NCBI GenBank assembly: GCA_050258195.1
Contig: JBLMYI010000015.1
Coordinates: 1 to 61,986 of the forward strand
DNA length: 61,986 nucleotides
Direction: 5' to 3'
Source: Actinomycetota bacterium
Lineage (GTDB): Bacteria > Desulfobacterota > Deferrimicrobia > Deferrimicrobiales > Deferrimicrobiaceae
Under the pieces are notes generated by a model, which saw only the letters and a list, made by a program, of their open reading frames with translations, ran no database searches and was not told the DNA's origin. How positions within the stretch are numbered: position 1 is the first letter of the stretch; each line of letters begins with the position of its first letter. Positions 6,959 to 17,578 of the stretch are shown here, one piece after another. The position numbers and the translations under genes are program-made.

Positions 6959-9580
6959 GAAGCGGGAGAGGAGGAAGGCGATCTCTTCCTTCTTGTTGCG
7001 GAGCTCGCCGGCCAGCCTCCGCTCGAGGAGGAGGTCGAAGATCTCCTTGAAGCGCGGGCCGGGGGAATACCCGAGCTCGAGGAGGTCCTCTCCGTTCAGG
7101 TGGAGACGGACGTTTTTCAGCTGGGTGAAATAGAGAGAGATATACCTTTTTATATCGGGATGTTTCGAGCGTGCCATCAAGTAAAGGATCACTTCGGTCG
7201 GCAAGGGGGAGAAAACGTCGTGAATCATTTTCCGGGAGATGGAGGGCGTCGAGAGGAGCCGAAGGATCACGCTTTCCACCTCATCCTTGCTGATCCTGAC
7301 CCACTCGCGCACCCGGGAGCGCACGCCGAGGTCCTTCGCCAGCTTCTTCGCATCGGCCGGGGAAAGAGGGTCGAGCAGCGCGAGGAACGACACCGCCCAC
7401 CCTTCGACCTTCTCGTCCAGGAAGAGGAGGGAGAACCAGGCGAGCACCTCCTGGGCTTCCCCGAGGAGCGCCAGGTGCGGCTTGTCGAGCGTCAAGGCGG
7501 GATGAATCGACGTCCCGAGACCGAGCTCGGACAGGCGCCGGATGATCCAAACCGGGTCTTTTTCTTTAAGAATCAACTCCAACTCACTGTATAACCTTGG
7601 CTTCGGGATCCTGCTCAACAGGTCCAACCGGACCGCGTTCCGAATGAGGTTCAATGTGTGCCGTCCGACGGTGAAGCCGAAGCGCCGCTCGAAACGCATC
7701 GCGCGGAGGATCCGCGTAGGGTCCTCGACGAACGACAGGGAGTGGAGCACCCGGATGATTTTCTCCTTGATATCCCGCTGGGCGCCGAAGAAGTCGATCA
7801 CCTCCCCGAACCCCTCGGGGGAAAGCCTCACCGCCAGGGTGTTGATGACGAAATCACGCCGGTACATGTCCTGTTTGAGGGAGCTGTACTCCACCGTGGG
7901 AAGGGCCGCTGGCCTGAGGTAATACTCCACGCGGGCGGTGGCGACGTCGACCTTGAAGCCGTCCCGGAAGACGAGCACCGCGGTGCCGAACTTGTGGTGC
8001 GGCCGGACGCGGGCGCCCTGCTCCTCGGCGAACATCTCGGCGAAGCGGATGCCGTCCCCCTCGACCACGATGTCCACGTCGAGGTTCTCCCCCCGCATCA
8101 CGAGGTCGCGGACGAATCCCCCGACGACGAACGCCTTCATCGCCAGCCGCTCCGCGCACTCCCCCGCCGCCCGCAGCAGGTCGAGAACGCGGGCCGGGAG
8201 CCGATCCCTCATCAGGTTCGACACGTTCTTGCGGGGCGCCATCGCCCCTTCCGCGTCCACGTCCTCCTCGGCGTCGGGATGCTCCACGTCCCGCATGTCG
8301 TAGAGGAAGCGGAGCAGCCCTGTCCGGGTGATGACCCCGACGAGCTCCTTCCCACGCACCACCGGGACCAGCCTCTGGTTCTTGCCGATGATGATCTCCT
8401 GCACCCGCTCGATCTCCGTTTCGGGCGCAACCGTCTCGTAATCGGCGTTCATGTACTCCCCCGCCCGCTCCTTGCCCAGGCCGTGGTACACCGCCTTCTC
8501 CACGACCTGTCGGGTGAGGATCCCCACCGCCCCGCCGCCCCGCATCACCGGCACGGCGTTGATGTTGGACCGGGTGAGCGCCTGGTGCACTTCGAGGATC
8601 GTCTCCCCCGCGTCCACGGTGCGCGCCGGGGACGCCATCACGTCCGCCGCCGTCCGCCGGGGGATCACCTTCTCCTCCAGCACGCGCAGGATCCGCTCCC
8701 GGATCTGGAACGTCGTCGCATCTTTCACGGTGGCCGACGCGGCGTAGGCGTGCCCGCCTCCGCCGAACTCGCGCATGACCGCGGCGGCGTCCACCTCGGG
8801 CTTCCGGCTGCGGGCCACCAGCACCACCCGGTCCCCCATCTGGCAGATGACGAAGAGCACGCTCACCGCCTCCATGTCGCGCAGCTTGTGCACGAGGAGC
8901 GCGAGGTCCCCCACGTACTCCTCCCGCCGCGCCTCGGAGATCACCACCTCGACCCCCCGGATCGTGTACGTCCGGGTCCCCTGGATCAGGTCGTACAGCA
9001 GGGAGACCTGTCCGGAGGTCAGGTCCCTGGCGAGGATGTCGGACACCTGGGCGAGCTTTGCTCCGCAGGAGAGCAAGTGCGCCGCGGCAAGGTAGTCGTC
9101 CACCGTGGTCGACGGGAAGGCGAGCGATCCCGTGTCCTCGTAGATCCCCAGCATCATCAGCGTCGCCTCGTCCGGCAGGATGGGGATCCCGCGCTCCTTG
9201 AGAATCTGCACGAGGATCGTGGTGGTCGAGCCGACGCGCCGGATCACCTCGACGTCTCCCTTGACGTCGGCGTCCTCGTCGGGATGGTGATCGTAGACGT
9301 GGACCGGGACCCCCGGACGGCCGATCAGCTCCCCGAAGATCCCGATGCGGGAGCGATTGCGGATGTCGACCAGGATGAGGCGGGTCACCTTGTCGAGGTC
9401 GATCTCGCGGGGCTTGCGCATCGGCAGGTTGTAGAAGGCGGACTGGACGAGGAACCCCTTGACCGTCTCCTCCTGCGACCCGGGCAGGACGCAGACCGCC
9501 TCGGGATACAGCTTGCACGCCGCCAGCATCGACGCGATCGTGTCGAAGTCCGCGTTCAGGTGGGTCGTGATGATGTCCAT
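6914..9580 (-). CDS. multidomain DHH/DHHA1 phosphoesterase - tandem CBS - poly(A) polymerase/tRNA nucleotidyltransferase family protein
   Basis: ORF 6914..9580. N-terminal THLNADFDTIAS and DHH-type motifs, then central CBS pairs. FVVGGFVRDL...DVDIVVEG and RRDFVINTLA are nucleotidyltransferase head motifs. Confidence 0.85.
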   Translation of the reverse strand: MDIITTHLNADFDTIASMLAACKLYPEAVCVLPGSQEETVKGFLVQSAFYNLPMRKPREIDLDKVTRLILVDIRNRSRIGIFGELIGRPGVPVHVYDHHPDEDADVKGDVEVIRRVGSTTTILVQILKERGIPILPDEATLMMLGIYEDTGSLAFPSTTVDDYLAAAHLLSCGAKLAQVSDILARDLTSGQVSLLYDLIQGTRTYTIRGVEVVISEARREEYVGDLALLVHKLRDMEAVSVLFVICQMGDRVVLVARSRKPEVDAAAVMREFGGGGHAYAASATVKDATTFQIRERILRVLEEKVIPRRTAADVMASPARTVDAGETILEVHQALTRSNINAVPVMRGGGAVGILTRQVVEKAVYHGLGKERAGEYMNADYETVAPETEIERVQEIIIGKNQRLVPVVRGKELVGVITRTGLLRFLYDMRDVEHPDAEEDVDAEGAMAPRKNVSNLMRDRLPARVLDLLRAAGECAERLAMKAFVVGGFVRDLVMRGENLDVDIVVEGDGIRFAEMFAEEQGARVRPHHKFGTAVLVFRDGFKVDVATARVEYYLRPAALPTVEYSSLKQDMYRRDFVINTLAVRLSPEGFGEVIDFFGAQRDIKEKIIRVLHSLSFVEDPTRILRAMRFERRFGFTVGRHTLNLIRNAVRLDLLSRIPKPRLYSELELILKEKDPVWIIRRLSELGLGTSIHPALTLDKPHLALLGEAQEVLAWFSLLFLDEKVEGWAVSFLALLDPLSPADAKKLAKDLGVRSRVREWVRISKDEVESVILRLLSTPSISRKMIHDVFSPLPTEVILYLMARSKHPDIKRYISLYFTQLKNVRLHLNGEDLLELGYSPGPRFKEIFDLLLERRLAGELRNKKEEIAFLLSRFPPTPKTKTPEPGRS

Positions 9581-9592
9581 GGGGTGGCTACG

Positions 9593-10483
9593 CTACGCCC
9601 GGGGGTGGTGTTTGCGGTGGATGTCCCGCAGCCGCTCCGGTGCGACGTGCGTGTAGATCTGCGTGGTGGCGATATCGGCGTGGCCGAGCATCGCCTGGAC
9701 CGCGCGCAGGTCCGCGCCCCCCCCGAGCAGGTGGCTGGCGAAGGAATGGCGCAGCGTGTGGGGGGAGATCCGAGGCTCGATCCCGGCCGCCAGCGCCCAG
9801 CGCCGGATCCGGTTCCAGAGGGTCTGCCGGGTGATCGCCTTTCCGCGGCGCGAGAGGAACAGGTCGCTCGAAAACTTCTTCCCCAGGAACGCCTGCCGCG
9901 CGGTGGCGATGTACTCCCCGAGAACGGCCAGGGCGACATCCGCGACCGGCACTACCCGCTCCTTGCCGCCCTTGCCCAGCACGTACAGGAACCCGGCGTT
10001 CGCGTCGACGTTCTCGAGCCGGAGCGTCACCACCTCGGAGGCGCGAAGCCCGGAGGCGTACATGATCGTCAGCATCGCCCGGTCGCGGAGCCCCTCGGGG
10101 GTTCGCCCGTCCGGCGCGGCCAGGAGCCGCTCCACCTGCGTGAGCGTGAGATATTTCGGAAGGGGTCGCCCGACCCGCGGCGCCTTCACCTCGGTGACGG
10201 GGGACGCGGCGAGGACACCCTCGCGCACGAGGAACCGGAAGAAGGAGCGCAGCGTCGAGACGTGCCGGGCGGTCGAACGGGCCGAGAGCCCGCCGTCCCG
10301 GAGCACCGTAAGGTGGTCGAGGAGGTCGGCGCGTCGGAATTTCCTCGCGTCGATCCCGCGGTCGGCGAGAAAGACGGAGAAGCGGAGCAGGTCGGCGCCG
10401 TATGCCGACAGCGTGTTCTGCGAGAGGCGCCGCTCCGTCTTCAAGTGGAGCAGAAACGCGTCGAGAAGGGCGTCGTTGTCCAT
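9593..10483 (-). CDS. xerD: site-specific tyrosine recombinase XerD
   Basis: Start is ATG 10483 (MDNDALLDAFLLHL), sharing TGATG with the upstream stop. C-terminus HTLRHSFASHLL..GADLRAVQAMLGHADIATTQIYTHV...HHPRA matches the XerD signature. Confidence 0.88.
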   Translation of the reverse strand: MDNDALLDAFLLHLKTERRLSQNTLSAYGADLLRFSVFLADRGIDARKFRRADLLDHLTVLRDGGLSARSTARHVSTLRSFFRFLVREGVLAASPVTEVKAPRVGRPLPKYLTLTQVERLLAAPDGRTPEGLRDRAMLTIMYASGLRASEVVTLRLENVDANAGFLYVLGKGGKERVVPVADVALAVLGEYIATARQAFLGKKFSSDLFLSRRGKAITRQTLWNRIRRWALAAGIEPRISPHTLRHSFASHLLGGGADLRAVQAMLGHADIATTQIYTHVAPERLRDIHRKHHPRA

Positions 10484-10983
10484 CAGTCGTTTCCCGGGAG
10501 GGGGATCTCCACGATCCGCGGCTCCATCGTGGCCAGGTCGACGATCGCGCACGTGCTCTTTCCCCGTATGAGGCCGCACGACTCCCCCGGGTTCACCACC
10601 AGCGCCTTCCCCACCCGCATCGTGAGCGGCCGGTGCGTGTGGCCGAAGAGGACGAGGTCGAACCGCCCCTGCCTGGTAAGCTCCCCCCGCAGCTGGTCAT
10701 AGGAATGCGCCAGGAGGATCTTCCGCCCGTCCACCGTTTCGATGCGCGGACCCTGCCGGAACGCCCCGCCGGTCGCTTCCTGCAGCCCGTCACGGTCGGA
10801 GTCGTTGTTGCCGAAGACCCCGCGAAGGGGGATCGCCGGATCGGCGTACCCCGCGAGGACAGCCGGCGAGCAGACGTCCCCGAGATGGAAGACCACCCCC
10901 ACCCCCTCGGCGCGAAAAAGCTGGAGTGCGGCCCCCGCGGCGCCCATGTGGTCGTGGGAGTCGGAGAGGATCCCCACCTTCAC
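10483..10983 (-). CDS. YfcE/MJ0936-like metallophosphoesterase
   Basis: GTG start at 10983 (VKVGILSDSHDH). DSHDH, GDV, GNND and GHTH motifs belong to the calcineurin-like phosphoesterase fold. Confidence 0.8.
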   Translation of the reverse strand: MKVGILSDSHDHMGAAGAALQLFRAEGVGVVFHLGDVCSPAVLAGYADPAIPLRGVFGNNDSDRDGLQEATGGAFRQGPRIETVDGRKILLAHSYDQLRGELTRQGRFDLVLFGHTHRPLTMRVGKALVVNPGESCGLIRGKSTCAIVDLATMEPRIVEIPLPGND

Positions 10984-10994
10984 GGACGCACGCA

Positions 10995-13670
10995 CTATGC
11001 TCCGATCGCCGCGAGGAGCGCCTGACGGATCTCCTCCTGGCGTTCGGGGGTCGAGATCTTCCGTCCGTCCCGGTCGACGATGTAGAAGACGTCGGCCACC
11101 TGGTCCGCTTTCGTGGAGATCTTGGAGAGCGCGATGTCGATCCCCAGCGCCGTCAGGGTACTCGTGATGTCGTAGAGGAGCCCGATCCGGTCGTAGGTGA
11201 AGATATCCACCACGGTGCAGCGCGAGGAAACGGAGTTGTCGAAGACGACGCGGGTGGGCCGGTACCGGGGGACACGGTCCCGGACGTACTTCCCCGCCCG
11301 CGGCTCGGCCATGAGCGCCTCCACGGTGGTCTCCCCCCGGAGCACACGCGAAAGGTCGGCGATGACGCGCTCCTTCTTCGGATCTCCCCGGAGGGACTTG
11401 CCGAGGTAGTTGGCGTAGAACGTGTCCAGCGCCACGGCGTCGACGGTGGTGGCGATCGAGGCGTTGAGGATGTTCATGCTGTTCGCCGACAGCGTCCCCG
11501 CGATCTTCGCGAAGAGGCCGCGTTCGTCGGGGCAGACGACGAGGAACTCCGTGGTCCCCGACTCCGGCAGGTCGATCGCCACGATGGAGGGCGTCTTCCC
11601 GTCGAACGCCTCGAGGGTCCGGCAATGCTCGACGAACCGGCCGTCGGGAGTGGCGAGGAGATACCGGTCGTCCACGCGGGAGAGGAAGCGATCCACCGTC
11701 TCGCGGGGCTCCCCGCCCAGCATCTCTCGCACCTGCTGGCGCCGCCGGTGCGCCCGTTCCTCGAACGGGCGCTTGAGGGCCCCATGGTCCAGTACGTTGC
11801 GCCCCTTCTCGTACAGCTCGGCCAGGAGCATCGCCTTCCACTGGGTCCAGACCTCCGGAGCCACCTCCCTCATGTCCGCGTAGGTGAGCAGGTAGAGCTG
11901 GTCCAGCCGGGAGGCCGTCCCGACGGTATCGGCGAAGAAGAGGATCAGCTCGATGTCGTGCAGGTCGCGCCGCTGCGAAACGTTTGCCATCAGCAGGTGC
12001 TGCTCCACGAGGAAGACGAGGTCCGACACGTCCTGTTCCGGGAGCCCCCACCGGGCGCCGATGCGCGCCACGATCTCCGCCCCGATCCTGCTGTGGCCGT
12101 GCCCCTTCCCCTTCCCGATGTCGTGGAACAGGATCGCGAGGTTGAGCAGGCCGGGGTTTCTCACGGTGGCGTGGATCCGGTGAAACTCCTCCTCTTCCTT
12201 CGTGCGCGAAGCGGAGGTCTCGATCTCCGCCAGGACGCTCGCGCAGCGGATGGAGTGGATGTCGACCGTGTAGACGTGGTAGATGTCCCGCTGCACCTTG
12301 CAGTAGAGGGGGGCGAACTCGGGGATGTACCGGGCGAGGAAGCGGCTTTCGTTCATGGCGAGAAGCGTCTCCCGCAGGTGAACCGGGTCGGCGAGGATCT
12401 CGAGAAAGAGCTTCGCCGCTTCCCGGTCCTCGCGGAACGCGGCCCCCACCGCGGGCAACGCCAGCTGGATGTTCCTCCGTGCCTGCGGGGAAAGGGCCGA
12501 TTTCGTCCTCTGCATCGACCGGAAGAACTCAAGGATCCGGATCGGCTCCTTTTCGAAGGATGCGCTGTCCTTGACCTGCAGTTTCCCCTTGTAGAGGATC
12601 CCACCCTCGCCGACGAGCTTCCGCTTCAGGAAGAAGAACGGCTTCCGGCTCCCTTCCTCCGGCAGGAACCGTCCCACCTCCTCGAGGACCTCGTCGGAGA
12701 GCCGGGCCGCGGAGGCCGCGTGGAGATAGTACGCCCGCATGAACCGCTCGACGGCCTGGTTCGCCCCGACCTGGCGGTAGCGGAACCGCTCCGCCAGCCG
12801 CTCCTGCACTTCGAAGCCGAGGACATCGGATTTCTTCCCCTGCAGGTAGTGAAGCTCGTTCCGGATCCGGAGAAGGTAGTCGAGGACGTGCAGGATCGCC
12901 TCGACGGTCCGGGCTCCCACAACGCCCTTCTTCCGCAGCTCTGCGAGGCCGTCGCACTTGTACTTGATCCGCGCTCCCCAGACCGCGGTCTGCAGGTCGC
13001 GCAGCCCCCCGCGCCCCTCCTTGACGTTCGGCTCCAGCAGGTAGACCGTGGAACCGACCTTGGCGTGCCGCGCGCGCATCTCCCCGATCTTCTTCCCGAT
13101 GAACTTGTCGCCGCCCTGGTAGTAGAGGAACCGGTCCAGCTCCCGCGTCGACTCGCGGTACAGGGAGTCGTCCCCCGCGACGAGCCGGTGGTCGAGGAGC
13201 GCCGTCCGGATCGAGTCGTCCGCGGCCGCAAGCCGGATCGTCTCCTTGATGTTGCGGACGCTGTGCCCCACCTCGAGGCCCAGATCCCACAGCGGGTAGA
13301 GCATCCACTCGGTCATCGCCTCGACGAAGCGGTCGACCTTGTAGCCGTGAAGGAAAAGAAGGTCCACGTCGGAGTGGGGGCACAGCTCACGCCGCCCGTA
13401 GCCGCCCACCGCGACGACCGCCATCCGGTACGACATGTCCGGCGCCGAGGCGCGGAATCGCGCGCGCGCGCGGTCGTGGAGAACCGACAGTACGGCGTCC
13501 ATGGCGCCGGAGATCCTCCGGCACGCCTCGGCTCCGCCGCACAGGCATTGCCGCTGCCCCTCGCGCACCGCGGCGTGGGTGCCGGCGAGGAACTCCTTCA
13601 GGCTGTCGAGGAAGTCCCGGTCGGGGAGGTCGGTCCGGAGCAGATCCCGGGAAAGCGATGGGAGAGACAC
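10995..13670 (-). CDS. glnD: [protein-PII] uridylyltransferase/uridylyl-removing enzyme
   Basis: ORF 10995..13757. Nucleotidyltransferase GGYGRRELCPHSDVDLLFL, HD domain HDIGKGKGHGH and two C-terminal ACT-like regions. Start is probably GTG 13670, 2 nt after the amidase stop. Confidence 0.88.
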   Translation of the reverse strand: MSLPSLSRDLLRTDLPDRDFLDSLKEFLAGTHAAVREGQRQCLCGGAEACRRISGAMDAVLSVLHDRARARFRASAPDMSYRMAVVAVGGYGRRELCPHSDVDLLFLHGYKVDRFVEAMTEWMLYPLWDLGLEVGHSVRNIKETIRLAAADDSIRTALLDHRLVAGDDSLYRESTRELDRFLYYQGGDKFIGKKIGEMRARHAKVGSTVYLLEPNVKEGRGGLRDLQTAVWGARIKYKCDGLAELRKKGVVGARTVEAILHVLDYLLRIRNELHYLQGKKSDVLGFEVQERLAERFRYRQVGANQAVERFMRAYYLHAASAARLSDEVLEEVGRFLPEEGSRKPFFFLKRKLVGEGGILYKGKLQVKDSASFEKEPIRILEFFRSMQRTKSALSPQARRNIQLALPAVGAAFREDREAAKLFLEILADPVHLRETLLAMNESRFLARYIPEFAPLYCKVQRDIYHVYTVDIHSIRCASVLAEIETSASRTKEEEEFHRIHATVRNPGLLNLAILFHDIGKGKGHGHSRIGAEIVARIGARWGLPEQDVSDLVFLVEQHLLMANVSQRRDLHDIELILFFADTVGTASRLDQLYLLTYADMREVAPEVWTQWKAMLLAELYEKGRNVLDHGALKRPFEERAHRRRQQVREMLGGEPRETVDRFLSRVDDRYLLATPDGRFVEHCRTLEAFDGKTPSIVAIDLPESGTTEFLVVCPDERGLFAKIAGTLSANSMNILNASIATTVDAVALDTFYANYLGKSLRGDPKKERVIADLSRVLRGETTVEALMAEPRAGKYVRDRVPRYRPTRVVFDNSVSSRCTVVDIFTYDRIGLLYDITSTLTALGIDIALSKISTKADQVADVFYIVDRDGRKISTPERQEEIRQALLAAIGA

Positions 13671-13672
13671 TA

Positions 13673-14977
13673 TCAGTAATCCGAGTGGGCGAGAATCCCG
13701 TTCCGCCCGTAATAGCGTACCGCCTCCGCCACGCCGTCGGCGATCCCGGCGAGGCACGAGGGATCGCGCAGGCGGGACTCCTCCCGGGCGTTGCTGATGA
13801 AGGAGGCTTCCACAAGGACCGCGGTCATCCTCGCGCCCACGAGCACGTAGAATGGCGCCTGCTTCAGCCCGAGGCTCTGCGCCCCGGGATAGCGGGAGGA
13901 GACGTGGCGTACGATGGCGTCGTTCACCGTCTTCGCGAGGCGCAGCGACTCGTTCTTGCGCGCGCCGGTGAACATGTCGTCGATGATGAACTTGACCCCC
14001 TGAAGCTTGGCGATCGGCACGCCGTTCTCCCGTGCGGCCAGCTCGAGGTCCTCCCGGTTCGACGCGCCGCGGGAGAGGACATAGGTGGAGTATCCCTCCG
14101 CGCTCCGGTTCCGGCTGGCGTTGATGTGGATGGAGACGAAGACGTCGACGCCCCCCTTGTTCGCCATCGCCGTGCGCTCCTCCAGCGGGATGAATACATC
14201 CTCGTCCCGGGTCATCCGCACGTCGAACTCCCCGGAGCGGGACAGCAGGTCGCGGATCCTCCGGCCGATCGCCAGAACGACATCCTTCTCCATCAGGCCG
14301 GTCGGGCCGATCGCCCCCGAATCCTTTCCGCCGTGGCCCGGGTCGATCATCACCCGCAAGCGGGGCATCGGGATACCGGGGGGGCGCGGGGCGGCGCGAG
14401 GGGTTTCCGCCGCCGGCGGGATGGACGGCGGGATCGACGGCGGCGACGGGACCTCCGTGCCGGCGACGACGGGACCGGGGGAGACCGGGAGAGCGGGGAT
14501 CTCCCCTTCACCGTCGATGTCCACGATCACCCGGAACGGGTCCGGAAGCGCGAAGACCCGGTAGGTGCTCTCCCGCTCGAGGTCGATGACCACGCGCACC
14601 GTGTTCCGGTCGAACCGGCCCGCCCGGACCTGCCGAAGCAGGCCGTTGCGGATCTCGATCGGCTTGTGGAGGATCTCGTTCCGGATGCCGGCGCCGTGGA
14701 TGTCGATGAAGATCCGGGGAGGGAGGCCGCGCGCCGCGTCCGCGCGGACGGTGTTCGCCTGCCACGAGACTTCGTCGCCCGTGTAGATGGCGACGCGGGT
14801 GTAGATCTCGTTCGTCCAGGCCCGGATGTCGGAGACGCGCGAGACGCCGGGAGCGGCGGAGGCCTGCGGGACGGCGAGCAGGGAGCACGCGGCGCAGAGA
14901 AGGGGGACGAGGATGGACGCGCCGAGCTGTCGCCGCAGGTGTGTCACGTCGCCCCTTTCCCGAGCCTCCCCTTCCAT
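13673..14977 (-). CDS. N-acetylmuramoyl-L-alanine amidase (AMIN domain + Amidase_3), secreted
   Basis: ORF 13673..14977. Signal-like LVPLLCAACSLLAVPQASA, AMIN-type N-domain, then MIDPGHGGKDSGAIG...SIHINA amidase_3 motifs. An alternative GTG start at 14947 overlaps the mutS stop. Confidence 0.85.
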   Translation of the reverse strand: MEGEARERGDVTHLRRQLGASILVPLLCAACSLLAVPQASAAPGVSRVSDIRAWTNEIYTRVAIYTGDEVSWQANTVRADAARGLPPRIFIDIHGAGIRNEILHKPIEIRNGLLRQVRAGRFDRNTVRVVIDLERESTYRVFALPDPFRVIVDIDGEGEIPALPVSPGPVVAGTEVPSPPSIPPSIPPAAETPRAAPRPPGIPMPRLRVMIDPGHGGKDSGAIGPTGLMEKDVVLAIGRRIRDLLSRSGEFDVRMTRDEDVFIPLEERTAMANKGGVDVFVSIHINASRNRSAEGYSTYVLSRGASNREDLELAARENGVPIAKLQGVKFIIDDMFTGARKNESLRLAKTVNDAIVRHVSSRYPGAQSLGLKQAPFYVLVGARMTAVLVEASFISNAREESRLRDPSCLAGIADGVAEAVRYYGRNGILAHSDY

Positions 14978-17532
14978 TCCGCGAGTCGCATCAACGCGTC
15001 CAGCGGGGAGAGCCGCTCCGGATCGCTCCGGCGGATCTGTTCCAGGACCGCGTCCTCGTCCGCGCGGGCGCGCCGGGCGAACAGCTCCATCTGGGCGCTC
15101 CCGGATTCAGCCGCGGCCCGCGGTCCCGCCAGCGTCGGAAGCCCGTATTCATTATACTCGGCGGATTCCAGGTTTTTCAAAATATCCCGGGCACGGTCCA
15201 CCACGGAGGCCGGCAGGCCGGCCAGCCGCGCCACCTGGATCCCGTACGACTTGCTCGCGCTCCCCTCGTCGATCCGCCGCAGGAAGATGATCTCCCCCTG
15301 CCACTCGCGCACCGCCACGTGGAAATTGCGCGCGTTCGCGCACGTCGACACGATGTCGGTCAACTCGTGGAAGTGGGTTGCGAAGAGGACCTTGGGGCGG
15401 GCGGGGGAATCATGGAGGTGCTCCGCGACCGCCCAGGCGATGCTCAGCCCGTCGTAGGTGCTGGTTCCGCGCCCCACCTCGTCCAGGACGACGAGCGTCC
15501 GGTCGGTGACGCCGCCGAGGATCCGCGCCGTCTCCCGCATTTCCACCATGAAGGTGCTGTCCCCCCGGGAGAGGTCGTCGGAGGCTCCGATGCGCGTGAA
15601 GATCCGGTCCACGAGGCCGATCTCCGCGCGGTCCGCGGGGACGAAGGAGCCCGCGTGGGCGAGCAGCACGATGAGGGCCGCCTGGCGGATGTAGGTGGAT
15701 TTCCCCGCCATGTTCGGGCCGGTGAGGACGGCCAGGCGCGTCCCTTCGGGCGATAGCCGGCAGTCGTTCGGGACGAAGGCGTGCCGCCCGAGGATCTTTT
15801 CCACCACCGGATGGCGCCCGTTCTCGATGAGGATCTCCCTTCCGCCGTTCACCTGCGGCCGGCCGTAATCGTTTTCCGCCGCGAGGTCAGCGAACGAAAG
15901 GAGCGCGTCGATCTCCGCGATCCCCTCCGCCGCCGCGTAGACCGCGGGGAGGGTTTCCTTGAGCCCGTCCCGCAGGGCGAGGAAAAGCTCCTCCTCCCGC
16001 GCGGCGCGGCCCTCCTGCGCGCGCAGCACCCTCCCCTCGAAATCCTTGAGCTCGGGGGTGATGAACCGCTCCGCGTTGACCAGCGTCTGCTTGCGGATGT
16101 AGTCGGCGGGGACCTTGTCGAGGTGGGCCCGGGTCACTTCGATGTAGTAGCCGAAGACGCGGTTGTAGCCGACCTTGAGGCCGCCGATCCCGGTGCGCTG
16201 CCGCTCCCGCGCTTCCATCTCCGCGAGCATCCCCTTGCCGTGGGTCAGGAGATGGGTCAGCTCGTCGACCTGGGCATCGTATCCCGGACGGAAGACGCCG
16301 CCCTCCCTGTACCCGGCGGGCGGCGAATCGGCCAGCGCCGCGGAGATCCGGTCGACCACCGCGGCATGGTCCCCGAGAAGTTCCTTCACCGACCGGAGGC
16401 GCCTCGCGTACGTCTCTCCGATGGCGGCCTTGATCGAGGGAATCCGCGCGAGGATGTCACGGAGCGCCGCCACGTCCCGGGGGCCCGAGCGGTCCTGGGC
16501 AAGGCGGGAGGCGAGCCGGGAGAGGTCCCCCATCGCGTCGAACGTCGGGGACAGGGACTTGCGGATCGCGTGCGCCTCGAGGAGCTCCCCCACCGCCTCG
16601 TGCCGCTCCCCGATCCGTTCGACGTCGAGCAGCGGCGCGGCGAGCCAGGCGCGCAGCAGGCGCGCCCCCATCGGGGTCCGCGTGCGGTCCACCGCCCAGA
16701 GCAGGCTCCCCTTCCGCTCCCCCGACATGGTGGAGAAGATCTCCAGCGTCCGCACCGCGGTCTCGTCCATCGCCAGGTAGCGCCGCCCTACGCGCTCGGC
16801 CACCCGCCCGATCTCGGTGAGGGCCGCCGGCTGGTGCAGGGACAGGTAGTAGAGGGCCGCCCGGACGACGCTCCCCGACGGGTGGTCCGGGGGGGGGACC
16901 CCCCCGATCCCGGGCGGAACCGGGAACGCCGCGACGGCGGACGGGGAGAGCAGCGTGAGCAGCTTCCCCTCGAGGAGCCGTCTCCCGCGGGCGGTGGCCG
17001 GGTTCCCCTCCCCCTCGAGCGCGACGAACTCCGCGGGCGCGATCCGGTACAGGGCGTCCGCCAGCGCCTCCTCGGTATCGCACGCCTCGTGGAAAAACTC
17101 GCCGGTGGTGGCGTCGAGCGCCGCGCAGGCGAACGGGGAGACGAACCGGACGGCGGCGAGGAAGTTGTTCCCCCGGGCGTCGAGGCACTCCTCGCTGAAG
17201 ACAAGTCCCGGGGTGACCACCTCGGTCACCTCCCGGCGGAAGATCCCCTTCTGCCCGGGTTCCTCGACCTGCTCGCAGATGGCCACCTTGCACCCCTGCC
17301 GGATCAGCTTCGACAGGTAGGCGTTGCGCGCGTGGTGCGGCACCCCGCACATCGGGATGTTCGACTCCTTGTCGCGCGAGGTCAGGGCGATGTCCAGGAG
17401 GCGGGAAGCCCGCAGGGCGTCCTCGAAGAACATCTCGTAGAAATCGCCCATCCGGAAGAAGAGGATGCAGTCCCGGTAGCGGGACTTGATCTCCACGTAC
17501 TGCCGCATCGCGGGGGTCAGCGGAAGGGTCAT
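14944..17532 (-). CDS. mutS: DNA mismatch repair protein MutS
   Basis: ORF 14944..17532. TPAMRQYVEIK..FFRMGDFYEMF N-terminus, Walker A GPNMAGKST and STFMVEM motif. Confidence 0.95.
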   Translation of the reverse strand: MTLPLTPAMRQYVEIKSRYRDCILFFRMGDFYEMFFEDALRASRLLDIALTSRDKESNIPMCGVPHHARNAYLSKLIRQGCKVAICEQVEEPGQKGIFRREVTEVVTPGLVFSEECLDARGNNFLAAVRFVSPFACAALDATTGEFFHEACDTEEALADALYRIAPAEFVALEGEGNPATARGRRLLEGKLLTLLSPSAVAAFPVPPGIGGVPPPDHPSGSVVRAALYYLSLHQPAALTEIGRVAERVGRRYLAMDETAVRTLEIFSTMSGERKGSLLWAVDRTRTPMGARLLRAWLAAPLLDVERIGERHEAVGELLEAHAIRKSLSPTFDAMGDLSRLASRLAQDRSGPRDVAALRDILARIPSIKAAIGETYARRLRSVKELLGDHAAVVDRISAALADSPPAGYREGGVFRPGYDAQVDELTHLLTHGKGMLAEMEARERQRTGIGGLKVGYNRVFGYYIEVTRAHLDKVPADYIRKQTLVNAERFITPELKDFEGRVLRAQEGRAAREEELFLALRDGLKETLPAVYAAAEGIAEIDALLSFADLAAENDYGRPQVNGGREILIENGRHPVVEKILGRHAFVPNDCRLSPEGTRLAVLTGPNMAGKSTYIRQAALIVLLAHAGSFVPADRAEIGLVDRIFTRIGASDDLSRGDSTFMVEMRETARILGGVTDRTLVVLDEVGRGTSTYDGLSIAWAVAEHLHDSPARPKVLFATHFHELTDIVSTCANARNFHVAVREWQGEIIFLRRIDEGSASKSYGIQVARLAGLPASVVDRARDILKNLESAEYNEYGLPTLAGPRAAAESGSAQMELFARRARADEDAVLEQIRRSDPERLSPLDALMRLAEWKGRLGKGAT

Positions 17533-17578
17533 GTGGAAGCTAGCCGGCCTTCCATCGACGAATCCTCGACGCAGCTTT

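Noticed and set aside
9593-10483. The tyrosine recombinase as an integrase marking a mobile element or island.
   Set aside because: The C-terminal signature (..TTQIYTHV...HHPRA) and the housekeeping neighbourhood indicate chromosomal XerD. There are no att-like repeats, phage genes or tRNA flanks.
7658-10702. Very long ORFs antisense or out of frame to confident genes, for example 7658..10702 (+), 29802..34049 (+), 52148..55069 (-), 8..2026 (-), 36288..37961 (-) and 18443..20791 (-).
   Set aside because: Their translations are Arg/Gly/Pro/Asp-rich low-complexity strings typical of off-frame reading in very GC-rich DNA. Each fully overlaps genes with clear family motifs on the other strand or frame.
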